Positions 35,963 through 49,158 of a DNA stretch of 64,000 nucleotides are shown one piece after another; within the stretch, counting starts at the first letter, position 1; each line of letters opens with the position of its first letter. The stretch comes from Microthyrium microscopicum (taxonomy: Eukaryota), in contig MU004244.1 of assembly GCA_010405405.1 (NCBI GenBank), forward strand, positions 499,895 through 563,894, read 5' to 3'. Below the pieces are notes generated by a model. It was not told where the DNA came from and did no database searches. It saw nothing but the letters and a program-made list of their open reading frames with translations. A program made the translations under genes and the position numbers.

Positions 35963-37668
35963 TGTAGCGCAAGTTCGGGGAAATTAAGATGTAGAAAGAT
36001 GGATTTCTAGATCCTGAAAAATTCGCAAGATAGGGACCTAATGAAGATGTCAGTGCAGACGCGACACGAAGCGAGAACTGGAGTCCTGGACAACCATCAG
36101 CTACGTAACAGCTAGTGCGTGCATGATTTTGCATTGATTCAGAAGCTCAAATTCGGCTGTCCGAGATTGGGCGGCAGTTGTTGGGAAAGGCGATCGTCGA
36201 AAGCCACTAAGTAAAGCCACTAAAAATGTACGAGAGGACTTTGGCGGATGAACTCATCGACGATCCCATTATTTCCTCCAATTGATCGTCAACTGTCTCT
36301 TTTCGAGAATGATCAGTGATTATTAAGGTTTTCAAGACACCTCTCATCATATCAAAGAGCTTCTACTGTAACACGAATTGGCGTCATTATGCAGTCTTGT
36401 TGGGTGAGAATGGATTCGATGGAGCACTTGACACATGCAGATTTGCAGAAACCTGATGCTAACCACGCCAGCCTTGCCAGGACGGGTGAACGATTCAATC
36501 GTAAATTGCCCAATGGAGACGCATCTGTTATCGATTGGCGAAGCCAGAACTCAAAGAGGAAAGGCCAAGCATAAACGGCACGGGTGGAGTCGCGAGCGTG
36601 CACACCATTCTGCGATATCATCAGCTTCACAAACTTCAATGTCAAGATCCATCCTCGTGTATCTTTGTAAGTTATCATCCCATCCTGATACTAAGGAAGG
36701 ATTCAACAGCACCTACAATACAACCATTATCCATGGTGACACGTGACTTAACCACGGAAGTTATTGATTTTGTTCCCTTGTGAAGTTGTGACAGGGCGGC
36801 AGGGCCTGGTTGATCTCCACCTTGAGCTCGCGTCGGACCGCGCAAGTGTGAATCCTCCCGCGCCCTGCCGTAGCCAGAAATCCCAAAATCCTTGTTCCAA
36901 GCGTCCAATCACTGTTGACCATCATCTTTCGGAGAGTCTCCGAGATCCTTTTTTCAAGTTCAATCTCTGATCTGTGAATTGGACTGATGCACTTTACGAT
37001 CATCATCGGCTGTACCATCCCTTTTCTTCACCTGCCATTACCTGGAGCATATTTGATGTTTCGCTTGTGTTTCCCAAGGTCAACCACAAGTTGAATCGTC
37101 TTTGTACTCGTCGAACAATGACGCAAAGCCATAGGCACGGCAGAGTGCAGCTCGTCAACAGCTCATCAACAGCTGAAAGTTCCTTGTGCATCCGCCACAT
37201 GCCAACCTCGTTCACGGTTCAATCAATCGCGAGCACTTTGTTCGTAAACTGCCCAGAACCAAAGAAAAACCTTGCTTGCCGTCCTACAGTAGTGCATGTT
37301 GATCAAGCCAACGAACTCAAGCTCTATGCCCCACACCGCATCAGCACGCAAGACTATCGTCTGAACTCTTACCCTATCTGGGTTGTTGCATCACGATCTT
37401 TTCCCAATCGGATTGTTATAGGCCATAGCTTCACTCCTCAATGGGATCACGATGATGTAAGTCGCCAAAGGGCTGATGTCGTGGCTGGCTGATATGCAGC
37501 GCAACGGCAATGCCTGCCTTGTGAAGCTTCTTGGAGCTCTGATTGCTGGTGGGATATTTTTCAAAGCTTGGAGGTTGTTTTTTTCTGTATTGACATCCCA
37601 CTTCTGTACCACTTCGAGTTTGCGAAGATAACTTCAGAAGATACAATTAATCTATACCACATTTCACC

Positions 37669-40600
37669 ATGGCGACTCAATCAAAGTTTAAATCGTTGAT
37701 GGGTAAGCAACATTGAAGCTACATTCGGCTTCTTGAATGGTTGTAAGCTAACAGATCCAGGTACAATCAAGCGGCGGCCAACGAAGAATGCTGATGGCAG
37801 GTAAGTTGTCTTCTCAGCATACCACTTTCAGTACTAAGAAACGCAGAAATGACGCTCAGGCAGCAGAGTCCGTTGGGGCTTCAACAACCAAGCAAACATC
37901 AATTCTACATGATCTAACTCATATGAATCTCAAGGACCGACATACAATTGCTGGGGCTCTCACGAGTTTGGCTAGTGGCGAGCCGATGGATGATAAGAAA
38001 CTATTACTTGAGAATGGTGTTTCTATGCTCCAAAGCTTTCCCCTTAACAGTAGTCTCAGTTCAACTATTTCAGATGGCTTCATTGCTATGCTTTGGGGCG
38101 ATTTACCACATCCAGCGCCGACACTGGCAGGACCCACTGCTCGGTACCGGAGGCATGATGGAGGTAACAACAGTCCATGGCATCCTGAAATGGGCAAGGC
38201 TGGCTCGCCATATGCTAGAAACGTTCCGCCCACCAAGCCCAGTATGACATCTCCCGATAAGCACCACCTCAGATATAATTGACTAACCGGTTTCCAGAGG
38301 GCCCAAATCTACCAGATGTAGAATCTGTGTATGATGCGCTGCTCCGCCGAGAAGGGCCATTCCGAAAACATCCCTCAGGCTTAAATCGCATGTTCTTCTC
38401 TTTCGCAACAGTGGTCATTCACGAATGCTTTCAAACATCGCGTGATAAGAAAACGCCTTTTATCAACGACACCAGCAGTTATGTCGACCTAAGCACAGTT
38501 TACGGCAATACAGAGAAGGAACAAGTTCGCGTTCGAACATACGAAGATGGATTCATCTATCCTGACTCAGTCGCATCCGAGAGAATCATGATGATGCCCC
38601 CAGGAGTTGTAGCAGTCGCAGTCTTGTTCTCGAGAAATCACAATCATATTGTTGAGAACTTGCTTTCTATCAATGAAGACGGCAAGTACAAGAAACTGGA
38701 TCAACTGAACGCAGAAGAAAAGAAAGCGTAAGCCATTATCGGCCCTCATACCAGTGATGAATTGCTAATCATATAACAGTCAAGACGAAGATCTCTTCCA
38801 GCTTGCTCGTAACATCAACGTTGGGTAAGAGAATATTCCTGTAAAATTCGCCGCATAACTAACGGGCCACAGCTTCTTCGCATCGTGCGTTCTCCGCGAT
38901 TATGTCGCAGCTATTCTGAACACCCCGAGAGCCAACTCCGAATGGTCCCTGAGCCTTGGTAAAGAGATCAAGCAAATGGGAAAGCGAGTCGAGCGAGGCA
39001 GTGGAAACGTCGTCTCCGTCGAATTTGCGGTGCTTTATCACTGGCACGCCGCACTCAGCGCTGCTGATGAAAAGTGGATGGCTGGCCTTATCGAAAACGA
39101 GTTTGGCAAAATAGATATGGAGGACGTCACAGAAGAAATGTTCACGACCATCATGATGAAATACGGCCACAAATTGAGGACAACCTTGCCCAAGAACTGG
39201 ACTTTTGGTGGACTCGAACGCAAAGCTGACGGAAAGTTCGACGACGCTGAACTGGCCAAGGTCATCAAGGACTGCGTCGAGGAGCCAGCTCACGAATTTG
39301 GTGCTCATGGTACTCCGCTCAGTCTTAAGATCGTCGATATTATGGGCCAGCTGCAAGCACGCAACGTGTTCAATGTTTGCACTTTGAACGAGTTCCGTCG
39401 TTACCTGAACCTGAAGGCATACTCCAGCTTTGAGGAATGGAATCCTGATAAAGAGGTTGCCAGATCCGCGGAATTGTTGTATGGCCATATTGAGAACATG
39501 GAGTTATATCCAGGTTTGATGGCAGAGTGCACCAAGCCTGCTATACCAGGGTAAGTACTTTTCATCCCAGGCTCATAAGATAAAGCTGAAAATTTATAGG
39601 TCCGGTGTCTGCCCTGGTCAAACGACTGGTCGAGGAATCTTGGATGATGCTGTTTCCTTGGTGCGAGGCGATCGCTTCCTCAGCTACGATTTCAATGCCA
39701 ATACACTGACCCACTGGGGATCTTCCACTCTGGCAGAAGGTGCGCCTGGTTCATACGGTGGCATGTTACCACGACTCATTTTCGGTGGTCTGCCCGGAGA
39801 GTTCACTGGTACTTCACCTTATGCCCTGCTTCCTTTCTATACCCCAGAGGCCGCCAAAGACATCTTGAAGGGCAATAATGTGCTCGGTCAATACGACTTG
39901 GTGCGACCTCTTCCTGGCATGGAGATTCTAAGTGTTCAGACCCACGAAGGTTGCAAGACCGCTTTGGCAGATATCGATGGCTTTAGAGAATTTTCAAAGC
40001 CTATCCTTCAGCACACAGCTACCAACGGCAAGTCCAACGGTGTCACCAATGGCAACTCCAACGGCGTTACCAACGGTGTCAACGGAGCATCTCATACCCC
40101 AGAAGAGCGCTCCCCTGCTCTGCAAAAGGCATTTTTCGAAGAAGGATTCGAAAAGAACGTCTCCGAGTTCTTCAGCTCCCACACCACAAGGCTCATTGAG
40201 AAGAACTCTTTGCATTTCGTCAAGGGCCGAAAGTCCTTTGACGTCGTCCGTGACGTGACCAACATCGTGCCGATCCTCTGGCTCGCCGATCGCTTCGCCA
40301 TCCCTCTCAAGACCGCCGAGCATCCCAAGGGCCTGCTAAGCATCTACGAGACCTTCAACGCCTTCCTCGTGCTCCACCTGTACAAGCACTTCAACATCGA
40401 CCCAGGCCACGAGTGGAAACTGCGCGAAGGTGCAACCCAAGCAGCGGGCCTCATCCGCCCAATCTTCGAAACCCATCTGAAGACACAGCATGGCGTCCGC
40501 GAGAAAGTCGTCGATCGTTTGGCTAAAGGCAGCGCTTTCGAAGTCGGTCCACACGCTGACCGTCTATACCACGGACTCATCAACACCAAAGCTCCAGTCT

Positions 40601-41223
40601 CTGATCTTGCTGGCGACCTACTAGACGTGGCCACACCAATTGCCGGCACACTCAGTCAGCAAGCTGCATTGCTTATTGACTTGTTCCTGAGTGAAGGATA
40701 TGAGAGTTACAAGGCCCGCATTGTCGAGCTTGCCACCAGCCCATCTACTCCAGCCACCGAGCGCGAGCTACAAGGCTTCGTGTACGAGGGTATGCGTCAT
40801 GCTGGTGCTGTCCCTGGCATCCCACGTATTGCTGCCAAAGACATCACGTTCTCTGATGGTGCTCGTGGACCAGTCACCATCAAGGCTGGCCGCACTGTTC
40901 TCGTAGCCACCAGCAAGGCTGCCATGGACCCTGTTGCTTTCCCCGAGCCTGAGAAGCTCAACCCACACCGCGATATCAGTGAGTATGCGCTCCTTGGCGA
41001 GGGTGTCAAAGTTGGGTTCCATCAAGGTCTATTTGGAGCTGCTTTGGCTGCCACCCTGCGCGAGGTGTTCAAATTGAAGGGTATTCGACGAGCCAAGGGC
41101 AAGTTGGGCAAGTTCTCTATCGTCGAGCGAGAGGTGGCTGGTATCAAGCTGAGAACATACTTGGATGCCAGTTCTCGAGAGAACCCTGTCCCAACATCAC
41201 TTACGTTGGAGTATGATGCTTAA
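37669..41223 (+). CDS. Fatty-acid heme dioxygenase-cytochrome P450 fusion (Ppo/linoleate diol synthase family) with degenerate P450 domain
   Basis: GKAGSPYARNV, FFSFATVVIHECFQT (distal His), SSYVDLSTVYG, EFAVLYHWH (catalytic Tyr and proximal His), LNEFRRYLNL, ELYPGL and DAVSLVRGDRF. The C-terminal EGMR (ExxR) and FPEPEKLNPHR are present but there is no FxxGxxxC cysteine. Confidence 0.9.
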
Positions 41224-41499
41224 ATTGTGGTGATTCTAGTATTTGGTGATTGAATGTTGATAAGAATACCAAATTGGGACACTGTACGAAAGGGGCCACG
41301 CGATTCCGGTATGTATATACTGCGAGTATAATAATAGCTATTGTATCTAGTATTTCCAATAAATTGTAAGAACTCTTACTCTCCTCCAAGTACGAACTTT
41401 CGAAATTTCACTGGTGTATGAGAGTGCGTCAATCATCTCGATGATTTATTGTCATCCGACTCCATCCTTTTCAAATGCAATCGGAGTAAGAATAAATAC

Positions 41500-41578
41500 C
41501 GCTAGAACGCGTTTCTTGAGCTAGAAACGCGTTCCTGTTCAACTCCTGAGAATAAACTTTCGTAGCTCAAGCTAGCGA
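41500..41578. repeat. Small fold-back element with a 12-bp internal palindrome
   Basis: GAACGCGTTTCT-TGAGCT-AGAAACGCGTTC at 41505-41534; outer ends CGCTAG..CTTGAGCTA and TAGCTCAAGCTAGCG. Confidence 0.55.
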
Positions 41579-41630
41579 TGAAACGGCGCGTGCCTAAATG
41601 TCAGTGGGACCGTAGAAATGTACGGTGATG

Positions 41631-42488
41631 GATTAGTTCTTAACAAGCAGAGGATCGATGGTTTATTGAAGGGCTGTATTGGTAAAAGATGTTGCTAAAA
41701 CTATGGTGTTTCTATAGATCTAGAGATGCTAAATACCCCTCTGTTTGTATGTTGCCCCGTGCCTGCCAATTAACTATCCTAAAAGCTTTTGAAGATTAAG
41801 CTTGTCTTGATCTTTTGGTCTTCTTGGTGGTGAGAATGTTCTTGCTGTCGTCCGTCCGTTCGAATATATTTGAAGTTGTATCTCGTCGTCGTCTTCGTAG
41901 TCCACTGAATTCAGGTTTTCAGGCTTACGGAATCCATACCGTCTGTTGCCCGTCCATCGTTGAATTCCTATCGTAAAAACTTATCTTCGGCTCGTTACCG
42001 CACCGCTACGGCGTGCCTCTTTATAGGTCACCCGTTGGTTCGTCAACATCGCAAAGTATCTCGTTAAAATCGGTTGGTTGTGGGCTAAAAGCCCGTCTTC
42101 AGCCGCTTATCGTGTGTATTTTTGGTAGGGAACCCGGTTCTCGTTGGGATCGTTGCTCAGATTGAGCTAGGGATGTAAAGGGTATTCTCGTTGGTGATGC
42201 TTCTTGATGATGGTTGCTGATGAGCCGTCGGTGGAAATTAATAAGTAGAATGTCGTCAGTCTCTGTGATGACATGGCTGTTCTGGATTGAGAATATTTAG
42301 GTATCTTGATCTTGCTTGTCCACGGTTCAGCCCCCAGATTGATAGATTAGTTCTTAACAAGCAGAGGATCGATGGTTTATTGAAGGGCTATATTGGTAAA
42401 AGATGTTGCTAAAACTATGGTGTTTCTGCAGATCTAGAGATGCTAAATACCCCTCTGTTTGTATGTTGCCCCGTGCCTGCCAATCAAC
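41631..42488. repeat. Two ~144-bp direct repeats (41631-41774 and 42345-42488) flanking ~570 bp
   Basis: GATTAGTTCTTAACAAGCAGAGGATCGATGG...GCCTGCCAAT is duplicated; the few differences are TG>TA or CA>TA transitions. Confidence 0.9.
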
Positions 42489-43326
42489 GGTCTGGGTCGA
42501 GAAGGCGCGCGAAAGGAGAAATGTTGGGCCTAAAGTGACGAAACGCTTTTTTTGGAACAAAAGGTGCATATGTATGATGCTAAGAAAAGGCGGAAACGAC
42601 AGTCGCTGGACGTGTTTTTGGGGTTCCTGCGTTTTGCTGCAGTAGCTCCAATTTGTCGATGGTGGCGGGAAGCTACATGGATGTGTCCGACCATTCTTTT
42701 TCTCAAGCTTGTCAGTCGCTTCTAAGACGAAAACGTTCATTGATGAGCCAACAATCTGCGTATAGAATTCAAAACGAGGGAAGATAAAGCAAGGCTCTGA
42801 GGTAGACATTGGAAGTGAAGGAAGTGAAGTTGATGGAGAAGGTCTAGCTACTTTGAGATATTGAGAGCTTAGTCAGGGACCAAAGCCGTTGCTGCTGCAA
42901 CCCCCTGTGATTGGCTGCACATGCAGTGACCGACCAGGGCTAATCGTCTCAACAACAATCACAACTTCCCAGTCTCTCTCCAACTCCATCCACTCATCAC
43001 TAATCTCCCTTATTCTGGACCGCCCTCCCTGGATTTCCGGACTCCTCGACGACGACATTTCTGGATAAGGACTCTCCTGAACACCTGGAATACCCCATCT
43101 CTGGTCGCCCTTACCCAGAGTTCGATCATGAACCTCACTCGCGACATCATCAACAACCGCCAAACACTGCGACGATAGGCAGCAACCAACCCCCCCGGAC
43201 GACCGACGCACCACTTGATCACCATTCTGGACCCTATAATCGATATACCACCGCGATCAAGTCGCAAAGTACCCTCCTAGACTTCATCGCATCGCCCAAC
43301 AGCCACATTCCTGCCACGACATCACC

Positions 43327-45167
43327 ATGGCGTCTCCGGGTCGCATACCTTCGTCGCCACCCAAGGGCGCCAGTCTGCAAGATGAGTTGCGACACTGGAA
43401 GGCACAATATGAGCAAGTTGAAATAGAACTTCAAGAATTCCAAAACTCTAGCAAAGAGCTCGAGGCCGAACTCGAAAAGGACATTGAGGAATCGGAGAAA
43501 CGAGAACGCGATTTGCGCAACAAGGCCGAGGCTCTTCATTATGAAGTTGAAGAGTGGAAGGTAAGTTTATCCTTGCGTGGTTTTTCCAATAATTGCTAAT
43601 TAGCCCCGAGTCGAAAACATTGCAGTCAAAGACAGAAGCAACGAAAACACAAGCAGTGCTTGAGAAAGAGATTACAACCTTACGAGAATCAAATCGATCT
43701 ATGCAAATGAAACTCCGCGATATAGAGGTTCAAAATGACGACTTTGAAAGACAAGCACGACATCAAACATCATCACTGGAAGATTTAGAATCTAAATATA
43801 ACGTAACAATTGAACGAGGAGTGCTATTGGAGGAAGATGTCAAGATCGGAGAGCAAGAAAGAGAGGCATTACGGATAGAGGCACAGCATCTTCGTGATGA
43901 GCTCTCAGATTTAAGAGTGGAGTTGGAAATTACTCAAGGCAAGCTGCTTCATGCTGAAGAGAATCTTGAGAGCGCTCGCTCGAGAAAGGTTACGCCAATA
44001 GCAACAGAAGCATTACGGCCTCCATCTCCGTTCTCAGAGGCGTCTACATCAGCTACCACGACAACATCACCTTCCTTGTCTACGCCGCCTCCAAAATCAG
44101 AGACATCAACAATACAAACCTCTCCTCCTTCGCCTCCACTCTCCGATGCATCTGGCGCTGCACCGGCAAAGGCAAAAGCCCTCGCACCAATAACTCCATT
44201 ACCCAAGAGAACACGCACTTTACCAACTACGACGCCACGACTTTCTGGAATACGGCCCCCGAGACATTCACGAGGACCTTCAATACCCGTGGCTACTCCT
44301 CAGCCAAACCGGACAATGCCAAAGACTCCACGAGCGCCACCATCAAGACTAAGCTACGCTCAACAACCTCCCAGTACTTCATCGAGATCATTGCACCAAA
44401 TAAGAGGGCTGATTGGCAAGATGCAAAAACTGGAGGAACGAGTTCATACAGCTCGCTCAAAATTACCAGCTCCTACATCCACCCCTCCTCGTGGGTCGCC
44501 GCGCAGTGCTAGTATCTCTGCCAGCGCTCACCCTTCCATTCCAGCAACAGTTACAGTCCGCTCTGCCCGCAAGCGGACATCCCAAAGCACATCAAGCAGC
44601 AACACAGCTGCTTCAGCATCGGCCGCAACAACGACTACTGATCCACCTCGTTCGGCCTCACGACTTTCCTTTGGCTATAATGCCTCTGCAGGCGCTAAGC
44701 TTAGCGACACTCCCAGCCGCCCAGGCTCGCGCGCAAGCGTTAGCCGCAACGATCACCAATTTGCGCGCCCCAGCTCCCGTGCTAGCATCACTGGACGCTC
44801 GACACCGCAACCTGGTCACCGGCCGCGCTCCAGTCTCAGTGGCACATATGCACCTGCGCGTGAGCCGCCTCGGGCATCAACACCTGGTCCTAAGCATGCC
44901 TTCTCACGCAGCGTCAGTATGGCGACTGATGGCGACTCGTCTTTCGTAGACGGGCGGACGACACCCGTGACAGCGCGCCGAACGACTATGGATCGTGGCG
45001 GCACCAGCATCCCAACTCCCAAACGTCCCAGCTATGCTATGAACCCGGCTGGACGACGGCAGAGTGGTGCAGGAGCAGCGCCGGGAGAGACGCAGGAGGG
45101 ATTGGGAGAGATGAGGCCGCCTAGCTCTCGAGGGCGGCGATTGAGTGGTGTAGGCGAGACGTTTTAG
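43327..45167 (+). CDS. nudE: Nuclear distribution protein NudE/RO11 (dynein-LIS1 regulator)
   Basis: [47 protein letters not shown] and [24 protein letters not shown], with a Ser/Pro-rich tail and an intron from 43561. Confidence 0.93.
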
Positions 45168-46090
45168 GAACGAATTTTGGCGCGCCATGATTGATTGATG
45201 GTTGATAGTTGATACCCTTGACTTAGGAATGCATATATTATATCCTACAATGCTGCAGCATTTCATTTTTGACGCCCCACAAATCTGTAACCATCGACTA
45301 GGAAATTCTCACGTTATCATGGTATATTTCACTGATGGAGCATGCAAGTCTTCCTTTTTATCGATTCATAGCTAACTATGTTGCGTGCTTGACTTCCCTT
45401 CCAAACCACCACTTTTACTTGCAGCAAAGACAGCGTAGCCCACAGAGAGCTTTCATGGGCCTCTGCCGAACAAGGCTTAATGATTATGCTGACTCTTCCC
45501 GGACTCGCGACAAGCTTGAAGTACCCAGTCCAAGCACTGATATCCCTGTTTCGCCGCCATATGTATCGATGGTAACTCGTGTAACTCGTAGTATTTGTAC
45601 TAATTTAAGCCCCTCTCCATTACTTCCACGATTGAAGAGACAACCCTACCTTCCTAGTCTCAAGGGTCATGTACCGGTATCTCAAGAAGTATCAGATACA
45701 TTTGGCGGCGAAGCAGGGGTACAAATGTCAAAATGTTGAGCATACACGAGAAAAAAGTATTTTTGTTTGGCCGCGTTGGTGGCAGCCATCAACGATGATG
45801 GGAGCAAGCCATCAAATTCATCCCGGTTGACTAGCTGCTAGATGGATAAATGAGCTTACGTCGGTACTTTTGTGCTGCTTTCTCAGCCTTGTCTTCAGCC
45901 TGATTAGATCATGTGGCAGGCCGCAGTTGCGAGAGCACGGACGGGCTTTCCACGCTAGCCTGACCAGGTTGATGCGACCTTTGTTGACTTCAATTTTCAG
46001 CCATTGACCGGGGAATTTCAGCCTGAGTGAATTCTCTGTATTGCGATTGTGTCTGACGGGCTATTCTAGACGTACAGAGACCTCCAAAAC

Positions 46091-46947
46091 ATGGCCATCG
46101 AAGCTGTTGGCACTGCGCCAACTAAAGAGTCGTTCAAACCACTAACAGAGCACCAAGCGCAAACACCAGAAACCTTTTTTGGCGGCCAACCAATACTCTA
46201 TCTTCACTGCCCCAAATCTCGAGTCCTAGTATCGAAATCACAACTAGAAGAGAATCCTCTGCTCAAGGATCTCCAAGTAACAGCATCTTCCGAAGTTGAA
46301 GGCTCGGATGAGATCATAATACCTGATGTTGACATCTGGGTATCATCACAGTAAGCCATTACCATCACAACTTCTATTGAGCGTATGCTGAATTTGGTAT
46401 TAGAAACCTAACGCTGTTCGCGCCACAAAAATCGGGTATATCAATATCATACCCATCAATCGCGCTCCATGCCTTAGGAACCCACAACTCTCCCAGCAAT
46501 GCCGGCGACTCAGGCCAAGTCGTCTTTCTCCAGGTCAACCTCCACAACCAGGACACCATCAACTCCGACGATGACATCAAGACGCTGGATCTTTCACTAC
46601 ATGTAACCGATATTGCTCAGCCCGAGCAGCAACCGCAAGCAGATGGCTCCGAGCCGCCCAGCGCAGTCAAGGCGCTGTTCGAGGCATTGTCGACATGCGC
46701 CGATTTGCATCCTGACCCAGAGGAGCAAGGGTCCGACGCGGAGCAAGAACCGGAACCTGGTGCGGGCGGCTGGATCACGGCGGAAAACATGAATGACTTT
46801 ATGGACGCGGATGGTAACTTTGTGGGAATAGGCACGCTGGGTGCCGGTGCTGGTGCGGTCCATGCTCGGCAGGATGATGATGAGCATGAAAATGGTGTCA
46901 ACGGAAAGGAAGAGACGGAGGAGACGAAATGGCAACGAACTGAATAG
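46091..46947 (+). CDS. ICln/Lot5-like protein (Voldacs domain)
   Basis: EHQAQTPETFFGGQPILY, intron ~46351-46403, GISISYPSIALHA, LFEALSTCADLHPDP and GGWITAEN. Confidence 0.85.
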
Positions 46948-47229
46948 GGTTTGCTTGTTTTATACTCAATAAAATGCGTTATGATTCAATCTGGCTCAGT
47001 GTTGAAACTTCACGCTTGCAAGGTGGACAGGAAAAGTGCATCAATGATATTTTGCATGAGATAGTCGACGTGTACGTAATATACATCCATGGAGCAGGAC
47101 TAGATGAATGAAGCACAGCGATTGTTGTATATAATGATGTTGTAATTTTTACATAACGTGATTGAAGAGCCATCACCTGCATGCCGAACTAAAATCCTTC
47201 CTTCGTCGGTTGGAAACAATGATTTAGTA

Positions 47230-48569
47230 CTAACTAGACATCGAACGCTGCCGGTAACCGCTATCTGGGGGCATACTCGACGGATTGCACTTCCAGCACT
47301 CTGGACCATAGTTGGCAAAGCCACACTCCTCGCATCGGTGTCCATGCTCACACTCCTTGAACTTTTTTCCCTTCATCTCCGCATCTTGCAACAGGCGCTT
47401 ATGACATTCGGCTCTACTAACGAAACAGTTCGTACTGCGCTTGTAAGCCAGTTCATTCGCTTTTGACTCCTCTCGTGAACGCCTAAGTTCATCTTGACGG
47501 GCTTGCCAAACCTGTAGCCCATTGGGATCGAGGAGGGCCTCTCTGAAGTACTCCGCCCACTCTCGATGCCGTGCGTGACTCCACCTGGTGTCATAATCAT
47601 CAACAAGAAAGTGATTTTGGAAGACCACGGTGACCTTCTTAAGTGGCAGCGTGCGGAAGTTAAGTAAGCTCTCGAATGCTAGGTCTCGAAGGTCCTCCGC
47701 TACCATACCGTAGTCTTCGCCCCAGCATCCATCGCCATGACGCACATGTAGATGAAAGGTACGCAAGCCCGTGAGAGTCTTGACAACCTTCATTGCAAGC
47801 GCTCTATGCCAATCGTTAAAGCTGCCCTCAGTGAGAAGCTCGAACTCAAGATGCAGTTTCTGCAGGTCTCTTTTCTGATGTGGAGTTCGGTTGGCCATGA
47901 AATGAGCAAAGTTATCTGGCTCTGTGAATCCAAACGTTGTGTTTGACCAAAAGGCGTGATTTGCCTCAAAATAGATCTGGCGGCAGGTTCGAAATAGCTG
48001 CAATTGGACTGTCTCTTGTTGTGGTTCAGGCTCGTTATCTTTTTGACATCGGCGATTAAAGATCTCCAAGTTGCTCTCACGATTCAAGTACTGTTTGCAG
48101 TCACGGTGAGGATTATGAGCTTCGCGGTCTTCCAATGTTGACCCGTACGCAAAGACTGACTTGGTCTTGGAGTTTTCGTAGGTATCTCGTGAAGAGTGCT
48201 GGGAGAGACAGTAGACGTTATGCCATCCGTAGTATTGTACGCCTCGCTCCATCCAATCATCACCGGATGGCGGCTCATCTCGATCGTCGAGCTGTTTGAT
48301 GTGAAGAAGTCTTCCGTCGTTAAAGACATGGGCCCAGACACGCTCCCGGATCTCGAGTGGCAGACGAAGTAGCGGTGATTCAGTAGAATTGCGCTGGATG
48401 CTATTCGATCGTTGTCAGTATCTATAGTAGCTTGGCATCAAACGAGGTGTTACATTTGCTTTGTTTTTGCGTATTTAGGCGCAGTGAAGGGTTGAGTTGG
48501 CTTTCTTGGCTTTCGTTTGCGCATAGCGACAGCCGGCACCAAGGCCTGCGCCGCCTTTCGCTTCGTCAT
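47230..48569 (-). CDS. DUF7730-like (F-box-like SPLLRLPxEIR motif) protein, paralogue 1
   Basis: MTKRKA...QPFTAPK, an intron, RNSTESPLLRLPLEIRERVWAHVF...LFRTCRQIYFEANHAFWSNTTF, and a Cys-rich C-terminus. Confidence 0.75.
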
Positions 48570-49158
48570 TATTGCGATTGATTATGTCTGCATGTAAAGT
48601 TGCCAACAACTTCAATTGCGGGTTTTGCAGGTAGAGGAAGCTTGTTAGATCAGGATGATCATGAAAATGGCAACGCCTTGACGCGACAAGGTGGGGAGCT
48701 GCAGATTTTTAACAGGGATCAAGTTGGCGCTATTCCAAGATAGTCTAGCGCGATCTGGCTTCGCACCTAACGATCTAGCTGAAAACAGATGACTATGGGA
48801 ATGTACCATTCTTAATCTCACCGATTTTGCACTTGAACTAAATACTTGTCGATAACTGAAACATAGAAGACAGGAACTACCTAGGTACCTAGTTTAGCAC
48901 AGAACCTCGAAAAGTGCCGTCTGACCTGCGACTTAAGTACTTATACAGCGTGCTCCTTATTGCGCATTGTATCGAAGCATCGATATGTTTATGTAGAACA
49001 TTGTGCATGTAAATTTGCGAGTCATATGATCAAACCAAGGCTAGCGATTTCGCGATATGCTGCTGTGTTCTTGGTCTTTCTATTGTACGGGATTTCTGGA
49101 CAGTCATACCTTCCCGCAACAGAGTTTGTTTCCTTGGTCTAAAGCTGTCCATGTCAGC

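Noticed and set aside
45823..46018. Possible additional TIR element (AAATTC..CCCGGT / ACCGGGGAATTT)
   Set aside because: The inverted match is short and imperfect, with no TSD or second copy visible.
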